A stretch of DNA of 64,000 nt, from assembly GCA_036172245.1 (NCBI GenBank), contig JAYWIR010000014.1:2294001-2358000 (forward strand), given 5' to 3'. This document shows positions 46,587 to 59,389 of the stretch, piece after piece; position 1 is the first letter of the stretch, and every line of letters begins with the position of its first letter. A program made the translations under genes and the position numbers. Source of the stretch: Raillietiella orientalis. Lineage: Eukaryota. A model generated the notes under the pieces. It did no database searches. It worked only from the letters and a program-made list of their open reading frames with translations, and was not told the DNA's origin.

Positions 46587-49318
46587 CCCCTCTCCAGGCA
46601 ACGAGCGGCGGCAGGCATGAAAAACAAGGATCATCCGGATGCGCATTCATCAGCCGCCTGGAATGGAAGTTGATGAGGAGACTCACTGATGTTCCTCCAG
46701 CAGAGGAGTCTTCCCTCCTGTGCGGAATGAAGATACCAGGCTCTCATCCTGGTGCGGCGGTTGAGTGGCGACGGCGACGCACAATTTTCGTGCAGCCGGC
46801 AGCATGCCTCATGTGCACAGGCACCAACCAACACTAGAAGGTGGGCCTCCCGCGCCGATCTTCTGGACTGCACCTGCAGTTCCATCATAGCCAGCGTCGG
46901 TGAGCTCCTACCTACCTCGCGGCACGGAGGACTGACCAGCCCTTCCAATGGGTCCCATGGGGATCACCTCAGGAGCTTCCACTCACTTTGGCGAGAGGGG
47001 GAAGCATCGGCAATGAGGTAACGAGAGGGGCGGTGAACTTGCCCGACGTTCGTTTCGGGAGGAAAAAAACCTGCCATGGGTGAATGGGTCCAGTGTCCTC
47101 TCGACCACTTCTGCTGCGCAGGGGTCCTCTAATGGAACGCCATCGCGCTTGGAGCACCTGATCGTGAGAATCTCCAAACGGGGATGCAGGCTCTGCCGAC
47201 GTTGCGTCGGCCGCCTGCAGCGAAGGCATGATATCGCGTCCCGGAGGCCCCCAGGAGTGCCGAGGGGCAAGAAGACTCCTCTGAACTAGGCCCAGGAAGG
47301 TGGGAGGAAGATCCCCTGCTGATCATCTCTTTCCCTTTTCCCCCGGTTGTCACGCCTTAGCTGCAGGCGGCTCACGAAACCTCCGATGGGCCGGGCAGAG
47401 CAGGTGGCGACCGGCCCGCCAGAGAGCGAGTGCGTCGCTGTAGGCAGGGACCACGACGCCATCCCGCTCTGCTTTTCCATGGAGATGGAGGCGAGTGGGG
47501 AGGGCTGGAAAGGAGGGCGAACCAAAAATAGGGGGGAGAGGAGGGCTGGTAGGGAGGAGGGCTGTTGCCAAAGTACAATCCATCTTCCCAGGGAGAGAGT
47601 GCAGAGCGTGCAGGCGCAAGGCTTCTTGCGTTCTGGCAGACGCGATGAGGAGGATGCAAAAGGAGGGGAAGGCAGCGACGCGGGTGATCTTTCGTTCCTG
47701 CATCTAGCACTCTTCCTCAGGTTCGTCCCGACAGGTCCATTGGCTCCCTCCGAGAACGGAGAGGAAGTGCCACCTACCGCCGCGCAGAGCCGGAAAGCAG
47801 TCCGCACGTAGGCGGTTGCGGCGCGGGGAGCTGTGCGGACCACCGGGGAACACGGAAGCAGAGACGTTCCCCGGGCTTCCTGGGAAAGCCGCCGCCTCCC
47901 AGCCTTCCCGGGCGAGGGCGAGGAGGGAGGGATGAGGCGCAGCGCCGGGACAGAAGGGAAGGGGGGAGGAGGGGGCGGGATGCGTTCCTAGGCTGACGCC
48001 CTTGAAACGGACTGGGAACCTCCCACCTCGCAGCGGCGAAGGAGAGAAACCATCTGCCGGTTTCCGGTGAAGGCTGCCCCTGACGACGCGGAAGGGGTAA
48101 TTCTTGCGCCTAACGTGATTAGGATGGTTGCACGAGATAACCCGTTCTCGATCAAGAGGGCGCTTGCCGTGAAAGACGAATCTTCCGCGGGAAGGAGCGT
48201 TTCCGGATGCTTTCGCATTCAATGCCAAGCATCGTCCCGGGGAAATCGAGGAAGGAGGAGGGGGAGGGGAGACGAGCATGTCATCTGAGTCCGTCCGAGC
48301 CTGGGGGAGCACATGCGAGAGTCGCTCGATGTTACGGAAGGCTCCCTCTGAAAAATGGCGGTGACATCGTGTTTTCCACTCTCGCGTGAACTGGCGCGGT
48401 AGCATTTTCGTCCGGGAGAGGCACATAAATTTGGGGCGGATCCTCTCCCGGGGATGAGATTTCATTACTCGATACATTTAATCTGCTGCGTGCAGATCGC
48501 GCAATCTTCGGAAATTTTTGTGCCTCCTTGCCGGGGAGGACTCGCCCGCTCGGCGGAGCAGCTCCCGAAGAAAAAAAGAAGCGTTTCTGCTGCGATCTTT
48601 GCGGGGAAAACGCGGGCTGACGTTGCGTCTGCTCCCTCCCTATCTTTTGCTATCAGCTGCAGATAGCGCGGGCATCCGGCGGCACACATCTCCGGCGCGC
48701 CGGCCAACAGCGCCGAGGTCGGGATGCAGCTCGAGAGCGAGCCGGCGAAGGGGAGGCTCGCGAAACTTCGATGCCAGAATTAGTGTTTGATGAAATCTGG
48801 CTTTAATTTGCATACGGGATCTGCCCTCTCGCGTGGATTTGGGCAGAACCCCGGCCCCTGAAATGCAATCCCCGTTTTGTTTTTTTGTTTTTGTTTTTTT
48901 GTTTTTTGGGGGGGAGGAGGAAGGGGGGGGGGATGCATAATTTATGACGATAATGAATATTAAATGCGATAAAACGCACTCGTAAGAACGCCGCGGAGCG
49001 CAGCAGCTCCTCGGGAACTTTCCAAGCACGTGTCAAGCTGAGTCGCAGATAACACCGATTTCCCATTACAAAATCTATATTTCTCCCCTATTCGGAATCA
49101 CGCTGCTCATTCCACACACAAAAGACAGGCCAGGAAATCCATGAAGGGCATTTTCCATGGAACCATAAAGCGCTACAGTGTGATTATTTCGGCTAAAAAG
49201 AAAGAAGAAAAAAATCTGTGCGGGAAAGCAATCCACGCGGAGGCGGCACGCGCGTTTTCCCGCGCTCTGAGGCGCGTCGCGCGTCGCTTGCGCGTGCCGC
49301 TGCTGCCGCCGCCACGCC

Positions 49319-49332
49319 GTCGCCATGGCAAC
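49319..49332. promoter_or_regulatory. RFX X-box motif
   Basis: GTCGCCATGGCAAC, one mismatch from the palindrome GTTGCCATGGCAAC, inside a CpG-dense stretch. Confidence 0.5.
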
Positions 49333-51341
49333 GGTGCGACGGTCGACCGGCCGGCCGGCCGGCTAACTGGGGATCGACGCGGATGGTTTTGAATAGCCGC
49401 AAGCTGAGTCCCTGAACCACTGGCGGGAGCACTTCAGCAGGTCCCCCTTCTCCCCCGTCCCCGGACGCGAAATGGTGGCGCATAAAAAGAGAGAACACCG
49501 CGGGTTCCACGCTCCATCTCGCCGCACTCGCACTCGAAACGGCACCTTTCACGAGGTGCATTCCGTGCTCCAGGAAGCATTCTTTAGGGTGAAAAAGGGG
49601 TTAGCCACACGAAAGTGTAGTTTGATGAAAGTGTCATGGGCGTCAGGAACGGGTCCTACGTGCCCAGGTAGGGTTGGCGAGCCAAGAAAAAAAAAAAAGG
49701 AAAACGCCTGCCCGAAAAGAACCGAAGGGCAGTGCAGGGAGTCTCGGAAATGGATTTCCTTCGGTAGATCTCGATCTTCCTCCCCTCAGAGGGGAGCTTC
49801 GCTTAGAGCACTTGAGAGAGTCCCAAAATTAGAAGAAAAATGCCATGCCGTATTGCTCCTTGAAAATTCAATACAATTGTTATTTAATGTTGTAATGTGC
49901 CCCGTTATTAAATGTCGGGAGTGCTTACTCCCGCGGGTCTCCCCGTAACACCAGTTCGTGAGTCGCCTGTTAACGAGTACGTGGTCCGCCACGGGATCGC
50001 ATCGCCATCCTCATTGCCATTTCTGTTGGGATACTGTTGCCATCTTCGGTCTTTCCTGTTGTTGTCTACTGGAGGATCTGGAACGATCCTCCTCCACACG
50101 CCCCGTTCGATTCCTCACGCTCTTCCGCAAAGCGCCATCGTGGTGGGCAGCAAAAACTAGCCACACCTTCCTGGGTGCTGTCCGCTTCCGGACGTCCACT
50201 TGTTTCTCCCCCACCCCTCCTCCGCTCTTTCCCCCTTTCATCCCCTCCTTTTTTCCTTTCTTCGATGTTTTCACGTGATGTTTCTTGCTCTGAAGAGAAC
50301 CCTGCCGATCGAATCCAGAAGTGTTCTTGCAGCGTGACAGGAAGAACAGCCTTCCACTACTGCTGTGCTCGCGTGCCTTTTGAGAGATAGTGGGGTGGGA
50401 GTGGATGCCGTCTGAGGGATTCACCGTTGTCGTTTAGAGGCGTGGAGAGAGAAACAGGATCTCTTCTATGCATCATTTGCAAGTACATGGAGCCGTCTGG
50501 ATGACGTTCCATGTTCTTTTGAAGGTAGTGGTCAGGTGTAAGTCACGAGTTTCAAGGAATACGTCGAGAATTTCGGACGAGATCCCGCAGTTTCGTGGGA
50601 GATCTCCGAAGGAACCAAGCGAGAGTTCCTTTCCCCCTCCCCGTTTTCGTTTCCTTTCATCCTCTGACCAGGACTACCCTTTTCCCAGATTCCTGCAGCT
50701 TTGCGAAGCAACTCGCGTCTCCAGAGAGCACTCCCCCTCCCTTCGCGTTCGGAGAATGCAAGAGGACGAGAAACCATCTCCTATCTGGCTGCAACTTCCC
50801 GGATTCCCGGAATAGTGAAGGAAGGGCGAGGAGGAGGCAGGAATGCGAGGGCTGAACGAAGGCGCGGTTGGCTGGGAGCAGATAGGCTCATAACAGGGTG
50901 AGGCACTGGTAGGAGCTGGCCGGAAGGGAATGGACTCCTCCTGTGCCGTCGGAAGCCATCGAAAATTCCCGAGTTCTTCGAGGGAGCTCCCCGAAGCGAG
51001 TTCTTTGGCGCCACGAGTCGTATGGCTCCTGGCGCCTGCGCCTCTTCACATCTGTCAATTTCGCAGAGCGGATCTCCTTGCCGGCCGAAGCCCAGGAAAA
51101 GGGGCCATAGCAGGGAGCTCGTGGCAGCAGTAGCTTAGACCCCTCTCTCCTCGAAAGAGATAACTGACTTCGGCATCGCTGGCAGCGGGGAGCAGCGCAC
51201 GCCTGCGGTGCGCGAGGACGAACAGGAGGCAGGTCGGGACGTTTGCAGAGCCCAGAATGAATCCTCTGCTGCTCAGCAGATCGTCTGGCGCCCCAGAAAG
51301 GCACCTTGACCTTGGAAATCCAGAAGGGAAAACTTTATTGT

Positions 51342-52310
51342 CACCCGATGCGCCAGGGCGTTTATTTCATATAAAAAAAATAAACATTTACAATCTCTGT
51401 GGTTGGAACGGTGGTCTTTTTCAGAGAAAACCTGCCGCGTTACCGATGCACAGACCGGCAAGGTCCGCCATTGCAGCGGAGGATAGGGGTCAGACAAAAA
51501 GAAAAAAAGAAATAAAAATAAACAAATAAACTTTTCGGGAGTGCGGGAAGGGATCACGTCCTGTTGGGGGCGGTCCTCCGCATCTTTGGGAGGATGCCGG
51601 CAAGGTCTTGCTGCATGGAGTCCTTCAGGTGGGACCATCTCGTTGCCGTCTTCATGAATCGGATGCGAAGTGGATGTGGCATCCCTCTCGCTGTGCCCTC
51701 CTCTTGCGTCTCTCCAGGTCGCTACGATCCCGCGTAGGCAGTACAGGGCTGCTAGCGAGGCTGCCGGCCAAAGGGCGTCGCGTACGAGAAAGGATCTTAA
51801 AGCGTCCCTGGAGTTGCCGCTGGAGGTTCCTAAAGTCTCAAAAAAGCGTGCTTAGAGGGGCCAGAGGGCAACACAACCCACAAGCAGGTGAGGGAGGGAT
51901 TCTCGCTTTCCGCACCTGGCACAGTTGGAGTCCACACACCCCTGTGTCCAATGATGACAGCGAGCGTTGCACGGGAGGTCCCAGGGCAGCAGCAGCAGCG
52001 CCGACTCCTGCCACTTTAATGGTACGGTGTGCTGGTCCAAAAGCGCCGGGGGCCACTGCAGATCTTCCTCGGGAATACCAAGCAGCTCGCCCCAGAGTGA
52101 AAGTCCTCGGGGTGGGGCACTCGGGGTCTCAGCGGCTGTAAAGTGATCTGTCGTCCACTCGACCAGTCCTTTTCTTCTTCCGGAGATATTCACAGTAACA
52201 TGCCATCTAGCCAACAGGCTGCTGTCCATATGTTTCCCCAGGGAAGGCAGCGCTGCGGCGAGGGAGGCCTTTCTTGCCCATGCGCTTTTTCCGGGATCTT
52301 GAAGGATCTC
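51342..52310 (-). mobile_element. L1/Tx1-like retrotransposon 3' fragment, copy 6
   Basis: Translation PLKWQESALLLLPWDLPCNARCHHWTQGCVDSNCARCGKRESLPHLLVGC contains an intact CxxC...H...C zf-RVT knuckle. Colinear with copy 2. Terminal motif at 51342-51366. Confidence 0.85.
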
Positions 52311-52479
52311 TCGGAGCATGCTATTGTTGTAGCTCTCGTACAGGAAATGTTGTACCTGTGCCGGGCATCTCTCCTGGTTCCTCTCTCAGGTGTGAACGGT
52401 TTCCTGCAGCGAGACAATACCGTAGTAACCAGGCTCTGCAGCGTTCATCAGAGGCCACGGCGAGGAGAAAGTCTCTGGT

Positions 52480-53500
52480 CCTCCCTCGCCAGGATGCAGA
52501 CTTGTGATGGTTCTCGGCCGAAGGGGATCAGATGCATCATTCCGGAGGACGTCTCTCGCGGCGCGACTGTGGAGCACACACTGATGTCTCCCTTCGCTCA
52601 TTCTTATGAAGAACACAGTAGACTGTGCGAGAAGACTGACTCGGGCAGCTTTCTCGCACAACCACAGGCACTAACGAGGTCTGTGCTGCCCACTTCACCC
52701 AGTTTTGTTGCCCCTGGAGGAGCAGGAGTGCTTGTCCTCCTGATCACTAAATAAGAACTCTCGGCAGCTGGAATCCTTGTTATCCGATGACTCCGGACCG
52801 TTTGTTTTCCGATGAAAAGGGACCAAATACAATAGGGGCGTCAGTCCTACGAAACAGCGAGTTCGAAAGAGGGTGGATGAACTATCGGCCCGCAGGTCTG
52901 CTGCAAAAGAGGACAAGGAGAGTTGAGTGGAGCGTATGATTCACTTATTTAAGTGAGAAAATAAGTAGGAGAGCGGTTGGAATCACTGGTTTCACCCACA
53001 GCATCTCCTGAAGCCACCAGGAAATGCCGGCAGCATCCTCTTTAGCTCGTTCTTTCAGGTATAGCCATCTACCACATTTCTCTCCACTGAGGAGAAATGT
53101 GGCGTATTCCCCCGGTTCTTGCTGATGTTCTTACTTCGCGAACATCGAGGGAATCTCTGATGTTCCTGAGGCAGTCGAAATCCCGCCACAAGGAGCCTGC
53201 AGTCCATAAGTGGATGCGGGATCATGTCCATACCTTATTACCTGGCACCGTCGGGACACCTGCAATGTTGGCACTGATTGCACTGGAAGACCTAGCGCTC
53301 CAAGAGCAAAGCCGTATGGGCTGTAGGCCGAGGGCAAGCACCGAACTGTCTACGTGTGAAGGAGGGGAACGAATTTCGAGAGCCGAATTTCCAAACGTTC
53401 TACCCAGAGAAGCAGCCCTTTTGTTGGGACGCCAGGTATCGCCGTGTCATTCAACTGGTCCATCAACCAGTTGCTCAGGAGCTTCGTCGCTCCCGCTGAG
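52480..53500 (+). pseudogene. Degenerate hAT-like transposase relic
   Basis: KYNRGVSPTKQRVRKRVDELS (52825-52887), CPYLITWH..LALIA (53225+), RTVYV (53342), VGT-(RW)-IAVSFNWSINQLLRSF (53424+), all in canonical order. Confidence 0.5.
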
Positions 53501-56500
53501 TAGCAGGAAATTTTCCCCCCTCCCTCCCAGTAGGCAGCCACCGTTTCTGTCTCACAGGAAAGGCAGCTCCGCTACTGCTAATTGAGTGACAGTGGTTTGG
53601 GTCCTCGTGACGCGGATCCAGGTGCCCTCTTCCTTTTGTCGCTGTGTTGCGGAGCGGAAGTGGATCCATTGGCATTCTTCCCCCAGGCCCTCTATCTGAC
53701 TCAGGGGGAACCCACGAGACTATGCGCTCCCGATCGAGACGTAGCAAAGACGTCGTTCCCTCGCAATTGGCCGTGCGCCTGAGGCGCCGATCCGCATCCA
53801 CTTTGGGTCTGAACAGGATCTGCAGCTCCATCTTGATAGAAGAAATCAACTGGAAACAAAGGAATTCCTCCTCGAAGACATCCCTGACGATGCTTTCTGT
53901 GCCATTCAAGATGTCATGCGTCTCTTCCTGGATTGGTGGGATATGGAAGGGTTTGAGATTCCTCCAGCGTAAGAAATATCAAACCCTTCCGCATGTGGGA
54001 GATCGCACCTATTCAGCGCAAGTGACCTGCCGAAGAGTGATCATCGAGCCCATTTCTCAGTGGACGGCTTCTCTTCTGGGGAACGAAGCGCTCCAAAAGA
54101 TCTTCCAAGATGGACCGAGTCTCTCGGAATTCCCCGCAAAAAATCCTTGATCCCTGCCTGCCTGAACAACGCTTTCGCCTCTTCCCCTGTTTGTTACTAG
54201 CAGACCGCCATCTTGCTGGCTCACCTGGGCTGAGTGAGGAACGCCGACACACGTCGTCGTGGATCCCCAAGGAAGGCACCCACGGATGAACAACGGAATC
54301 CCCAGCGCATGTACTTTTGGTATGCGCCTCAGACTGTGGCAGGGGTGGAAGCGTATCTCAGGGGCTCTTCGGTTCGATCGGACGCCGCCCTTCAGGACTC
54401 ATCACGCAGATGTGCGCCCTCCACAGGGTCATCAGTTGCCCTCGTCTCCCTCTGGCTATCCTCTGCCGCGTGTGAGACGGCGATCTCCAGGATGGATGGA
54501 GGGTGTGGCCGACACTCCAGAAAGCCATTTGCAGCTGCCACCGCCAGCATAAGAGGGACAGCGAGATGGCACGATCCGGGGTGACAGTTTTGAGGGCACT
54601 TTCGTACCATCGAGGACAGATGGGCTTAAGAGGCACCCATCCCTCCCATCCCCTTTTTGACGCAGACCTTTGGTGATCGTGAACATTACCGCGGAGTCGG
54701 TCCACTCCATTTCCTATCGATTTCTCCATTTATTGGCCTCCTTTAGGTTCCGCCTACCAGAGATGTTTGGTCCCTCTTGTTTCGGGACCGCTCATGTCGG
54801 CGGCCTCTTCCTTTCGCTTGAAAATTTCAACAGATGTCTCGACAATCTGGGATGAAGAGATCACTCCAAAGAATTTCTTTTCCAAGGAAAGGGAAAGAAA
54901 CCGGTGATCGGGCGACCCCTCGGTCACTGCTGAGCCGCCGATGCGCCGGTCGGCTACGCAAAGACACCGAAAGGGATAAGAAAAAGGAAGCCAATGAGGG
55001 AGGGAAAGCTACCCCGCGTCCCATGCGGCCCGCGTGCGGTGCAGGAGGCATTCTCCTCGATGCAGGCAAAGGCCGCCTCGCCGAGGGTCAGGGCGCATGG
55101 CCTTCCGCCCTTGCTGGCTCTCGCCTCCCTCATCGCAGCGGGCAGCCACAGTCTCTACCACGAATACGGGATCGGGCGATCAGTGTGGCAGGGGAAAAGG
55201 CAATCTTCAGGTGCGTAAGCGGCGCCGCCGTGGCGCCTCCGGTGGAGCCACGAGGCGCCCAGAAGCAGTCCAGAAGCCTCAGGTTTGGGGAGGTTCGCCG
55301 CTCCGTGCCTGGCGCAGCTCGCAAGCGAGACGCACCAGGAAACGCTGTCCATCCTCATGTGTCAACAGCTGGAGCAGCCTCCGTCGTCGGAGCGAGGACG
55401 TGGTCCTTCCTGGACCCGCGATCGATTTATCTGGTGCAACCTGCGGCGCTCCTCCCAGTGCGCGATGAGCAAAGCCACCTGAGAGGAAGGACGGATCTAC
55501 TCAAATAGAGGGAAAGGATAAGGAGTTCCAGGATTGGAATGCCTGGAAAATCCTTTCAGCGGCACACTCCTTTCACGTGGGCACTGTGTTGCCTCTGGTC
55601 GACGGCCAGCTGGCCACACAGTGCAAGAGGACTCCCTTCCGCCGGTTAGCAGCTGCCCTTTCTCTCCCAAAGGAAGGGCAATGCGGCAGCTAAGGGGGCG
55701 ATGAACGCTGGGGCTCTTTGGGCTTCGCTGGATGGTCTCCAAGGATACTGTTTCAAGGTTGTGAGCAGAACGGACCGACGCTGGGTTGAATCCCATGACG
55801 CACACCCAAGTGCCCACTGCCTCCTTGCAGTACGCATTGAGGTTTGCAAGGAGGTAGAAGACCCACTAGCCTTCTGCCGGAGATGCGCAACCCGCATAGG
55901 TGGGAACCCAAGAATCTCATCCTGTCTCTGTTGCGTGGCAGCGGAGACGCCACTCCCTCACAGCCGATCGCATTCTACAGCAGCAAGTTGCGTCTCGGAG
56001 GGCACCAGAGCCGCATCCGGTTCTTGACTCTCCATCAAGGATCATTCCTCAGAAGTGAAACCTCCGAGGTCATCATCTTCGGCTTCAGTATGCCAAGTTC
56101 GGCATCCCTTTGTAAGGCAACGAGGTCTTTGAGGCGCATCTGGAGTCTTGAGGAATCTCGCGCTGCTCTGCGCATGAGGCCGTCCGTTCTTTGCCTGGCT
56201 CATGCGGAAGATGGAGGAGCGGGCAGAAAGGGGAGGAAGGTATTCCAGAGAAAGGTCCCGTAAGACAATAGAAAATTGCCATTCTGGAACGGAACCATAA
56301 CCACCTCCGCCGTCTGGAGAAGGCAACTGGATTGGACCTCTTCCGGGGAAAAATGTCAGTATCCAGGCTACCAGAGGGAGATATCGGATGGTGACGCCAT
56401 CCTCAACCAAGTGGCGAAGAAATCTCCGTTGTCGGATGGAGGAGAGGAGGACGCGCGAGTGCGCGGTAGCTCCTCAAGGCAGCTCGGACGTCCTGGAACC

Positions 56501-59064
56501 CTCCGTCTTCCAGAAGGGAGCCCAGAGTCCCGGCCATTCTTCTCTTCCTCGGGATAGCGGAAGCGTGTGCGAAGCTTTCGGGAAGGAACGTCTCTGGAGG
56601 TGGAGCAGCAGGCTCTCTGCCTTCGATGCGGCCGTGCAGCGCGCCAGGACTTCCGGCAGTCCGCCTCGAGCGAGATCAAGGATGCTCTCGCACAGTTATT
56701 CGTGGAGCTGGCAGGTGCGCCACACGTTGCGGCAGATGAGTCGATCGCGGGTCGAGAAAGGGACACATCCTCGCTCCGACGATGGAGGCTGCCGCAGAAG
56801 GAGAGGGAGTCCCGCTTCCCTGTCTCCTCGGCGAGAGAACCCGCCGTCGCCTGGCGATCTCCGGAAGAACTGCCTTGTGCGGGGCGGTTTCCAGGAGGAG
56901 CTGTTCGGCTTTCGGCGGCTCTGCGACGTTCTGTGATGAGCTGGCGAGCCTGCGGAGAGGTCGGAGACAAAACGGTACCCTCAGTATCCGCGCCCAACGC
57001 CATCCGCCAGTTCCGCCGCCGGCGGCACCTCGCAGACCGGGATTTTTCCAGGAGGCGAGGTCGATGCCGGGGACGATCTCGAGTTCCCGCTTATCTCCCC
57101 AAGAGTCGGGGTGAGCTCGCCTCTTGAGGGAGGAAGGAAAGGAGAAGCTTCCTCCGATTGGCGGCCACTAGCTTCACGAGGAAGAGCAAAGGGGAAAGGG
57201 GCCAACAGGGCTCGGAGACTCGCAGTTCATAAAGACCCATGCGATGCTGCTGCTCACGGCAAGCAGAGTGAGGGGCTACCGGGCACCAACGTCGATTGTC
57301 GGCGTCGGGGGGAAATGGGACGGCGTGCCAACCGCCCCACTCCACTTGTAGCCACTCCTTGAACAGAATGCTCTTCCTCCTCACGGAGGAGGGACGTTCC
57401 GATGGACTTTCCTCCGAGCGGCGGCGGCGGCAGCGGTGACGCATGCGCTACGCGCCTCGCAATTAATTGAGCCCGCGTTACCTTCCAGCCCGCTACCGGG
57501 CGGAAGGAGATTCTTTCCGGCTGCCTCCGTTCTGGAGGATTCAATCAAACGGCAGTTCTCATTCGCGTGGGAACTTTATGGATCGCGCTGACGAAGATTT
57601 TCCTCTCCTTTGTTCCTCCCCCCCTTCCCCCTTCCCCTCGGCTCCAGGTTCTCCATTGCACGTAATGAGCCGTCGCGTTGCGGAGCATCTCCGAAAGGCG
57701 TGCTCCAGCATGCCGAGAGCGCGACGCCCAAGCCTCCAGTCCTGCTAAAGGGACTCCGCCTCGCTTCCGAGATGCGATGGAGCCTGTGACGAGCAGCCCG
57801 CAGGCCGCCGAACGATCTTCGCGAGAGGATGGAAATGGCGCAGCTTCGCTCGGCCTCCATTCCGTCGGGCGTGGAGGCGGAGGAAGGGAGAAGTGCGTGC
57901 GTGCATCCGAAGCGGCAAGTTCGCAAAAGCTCCGACAGGCGGCGCAAGAGGCTCTTCGCCCGTTTCTCTGGATCGAATGAAACCCAATGGTCTCATTCGC
58001 GCGGGACGGGGAGGTGGCGGAGAAACCCCACACGGGTCCGGACGGCCTCTCAAGTGGGACGGTCGCTACAGAGGAAATGAGAGAGAGGAGGGGACGCAGC
58101 TCGGCAGCCGCCCCGATCCCTCATGAGACAGCCGGAAGCTGCTTTCGGCCCACTGAAGATGCGACTGACTCGTACATGGTGTCCGCTGGTAGGTCGGACA
58201 AGACCACCTGATGTCCAGTGAGCAGAGATCAAGGAGAAGGTATTGGCCACGAGATCCCCCGCGAAACCGGGAGCAGCGCAACCGCGGATGTGGTAGCGAT
58301 CCCCCAAGACACGTCCGGCCATGGAAAGGAGGCTGCGTCTCTTCGGATTGCGTCTTTGGATGTCCCTGTTTCTTCGCATATTCTGCAGCTTGCTCCGACC
58401 CCATGCTCCCGTTTCTTCTATCCCGGGAGTGCTGCACTCGCCTGCACTCCCTTCGTGTGGCCTGCTGCCGACCTGGACAAACGAACGACAACCTTTCGCA
58501 CTCAGGAGGAACATGCAGCCGATGGGTCGGCGTGCCTGCGGAAGATGGCGCCGAGTTCAAGTCCGAGAGGAGCAGCTGGCTGTTGAACGGGGGGAGCTTG
58601 GCGTGCAGGGAATGGCTAGCACCATCCCTCGCACCAACCAAACGCATCCCGTGCATCGGTGCAGCCTTGCGAGATCGGGCCGCGTGGGGCTCCTTCGTCT
58701 TCGTCCGACGTCACGGCGGCCGAGGCCGTTGTCGACAAGAGAGGAAGGCTCCGAGCAACAGGGTGCCGTCTCCTCCAGAGACGATCTCTGCGGCAATCGC
58801 GGCCTTGGCTTGCACTCGCTAGGGGCAGCATCGTCGCCACGCGCTTTCTAAAAGCGGAGCGGAACCGGGGAAGAAAGCAGGATGGGCCTTGCAAGATCCC
58901 ACAGGACAAGGAGTAAGTCTCCCACATCACATGTAGGCGGTCGGCAACTAGGCCACCCTCTCCTCCTCCTTTCCAAGACAGACTTTTTTTGTTTGTCGAC
59001 CTCTTCCTCCCGGTGCGGCGTCCACCGCTGACCCCGGTGTTCCCTCCCTCCCTTCACCTGACTC

Positions 59065-59389
59065 GCCCTCGAGGAGGAACTGACGCAGAGCAAGAAGAAA
59101 TGGATCTGAGCTCCCACCGCACCATTGGTCGCAGCGATGGAGGAAAAGAAGTCAGTCTCCTTTCGGCGGGATGGGATTTCATCTCGCACACGCCCCGCCG
59201 CAGGACACACGAAACCCCCCGTGGACAAATGTCTCCGAGTCCGCTGTCCGACATGACGGCTTCAACGGCGTGTCCTCGGAAAGAAGGAGTGCGGCCAGGA
59301 GTGGGACCGCAGCTCGCTTCTGGGATTCCAGGGAGCAGCTTCTCGTCCTCGGGATTCCGGAAACACGGACTCCCATTCAGTGAACCAAT
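59065..59389 (-). repeat. Dispersed repeat, copy B (inverted partner of 46251-46586)
   Basis: Same alignment. Translations share RTRSCSL..KRAA.PLLAALLLS and ISCVLRR.VCEMK.HPA. Confidence 0.9.

Noticed and set aside
47370..47880. Candidate small exons with plausible splice sites on both strands
   Set aside because: No frame gave a recognisable peptide and they could not be chained into a gene model.
54830..58900. Multiple overlapping 150-220 aa ORFs as a second gene
   Set aside because: No identifiable domain or consistent exon chain; probably decayed repeats or GC-rich non-coding DNA.
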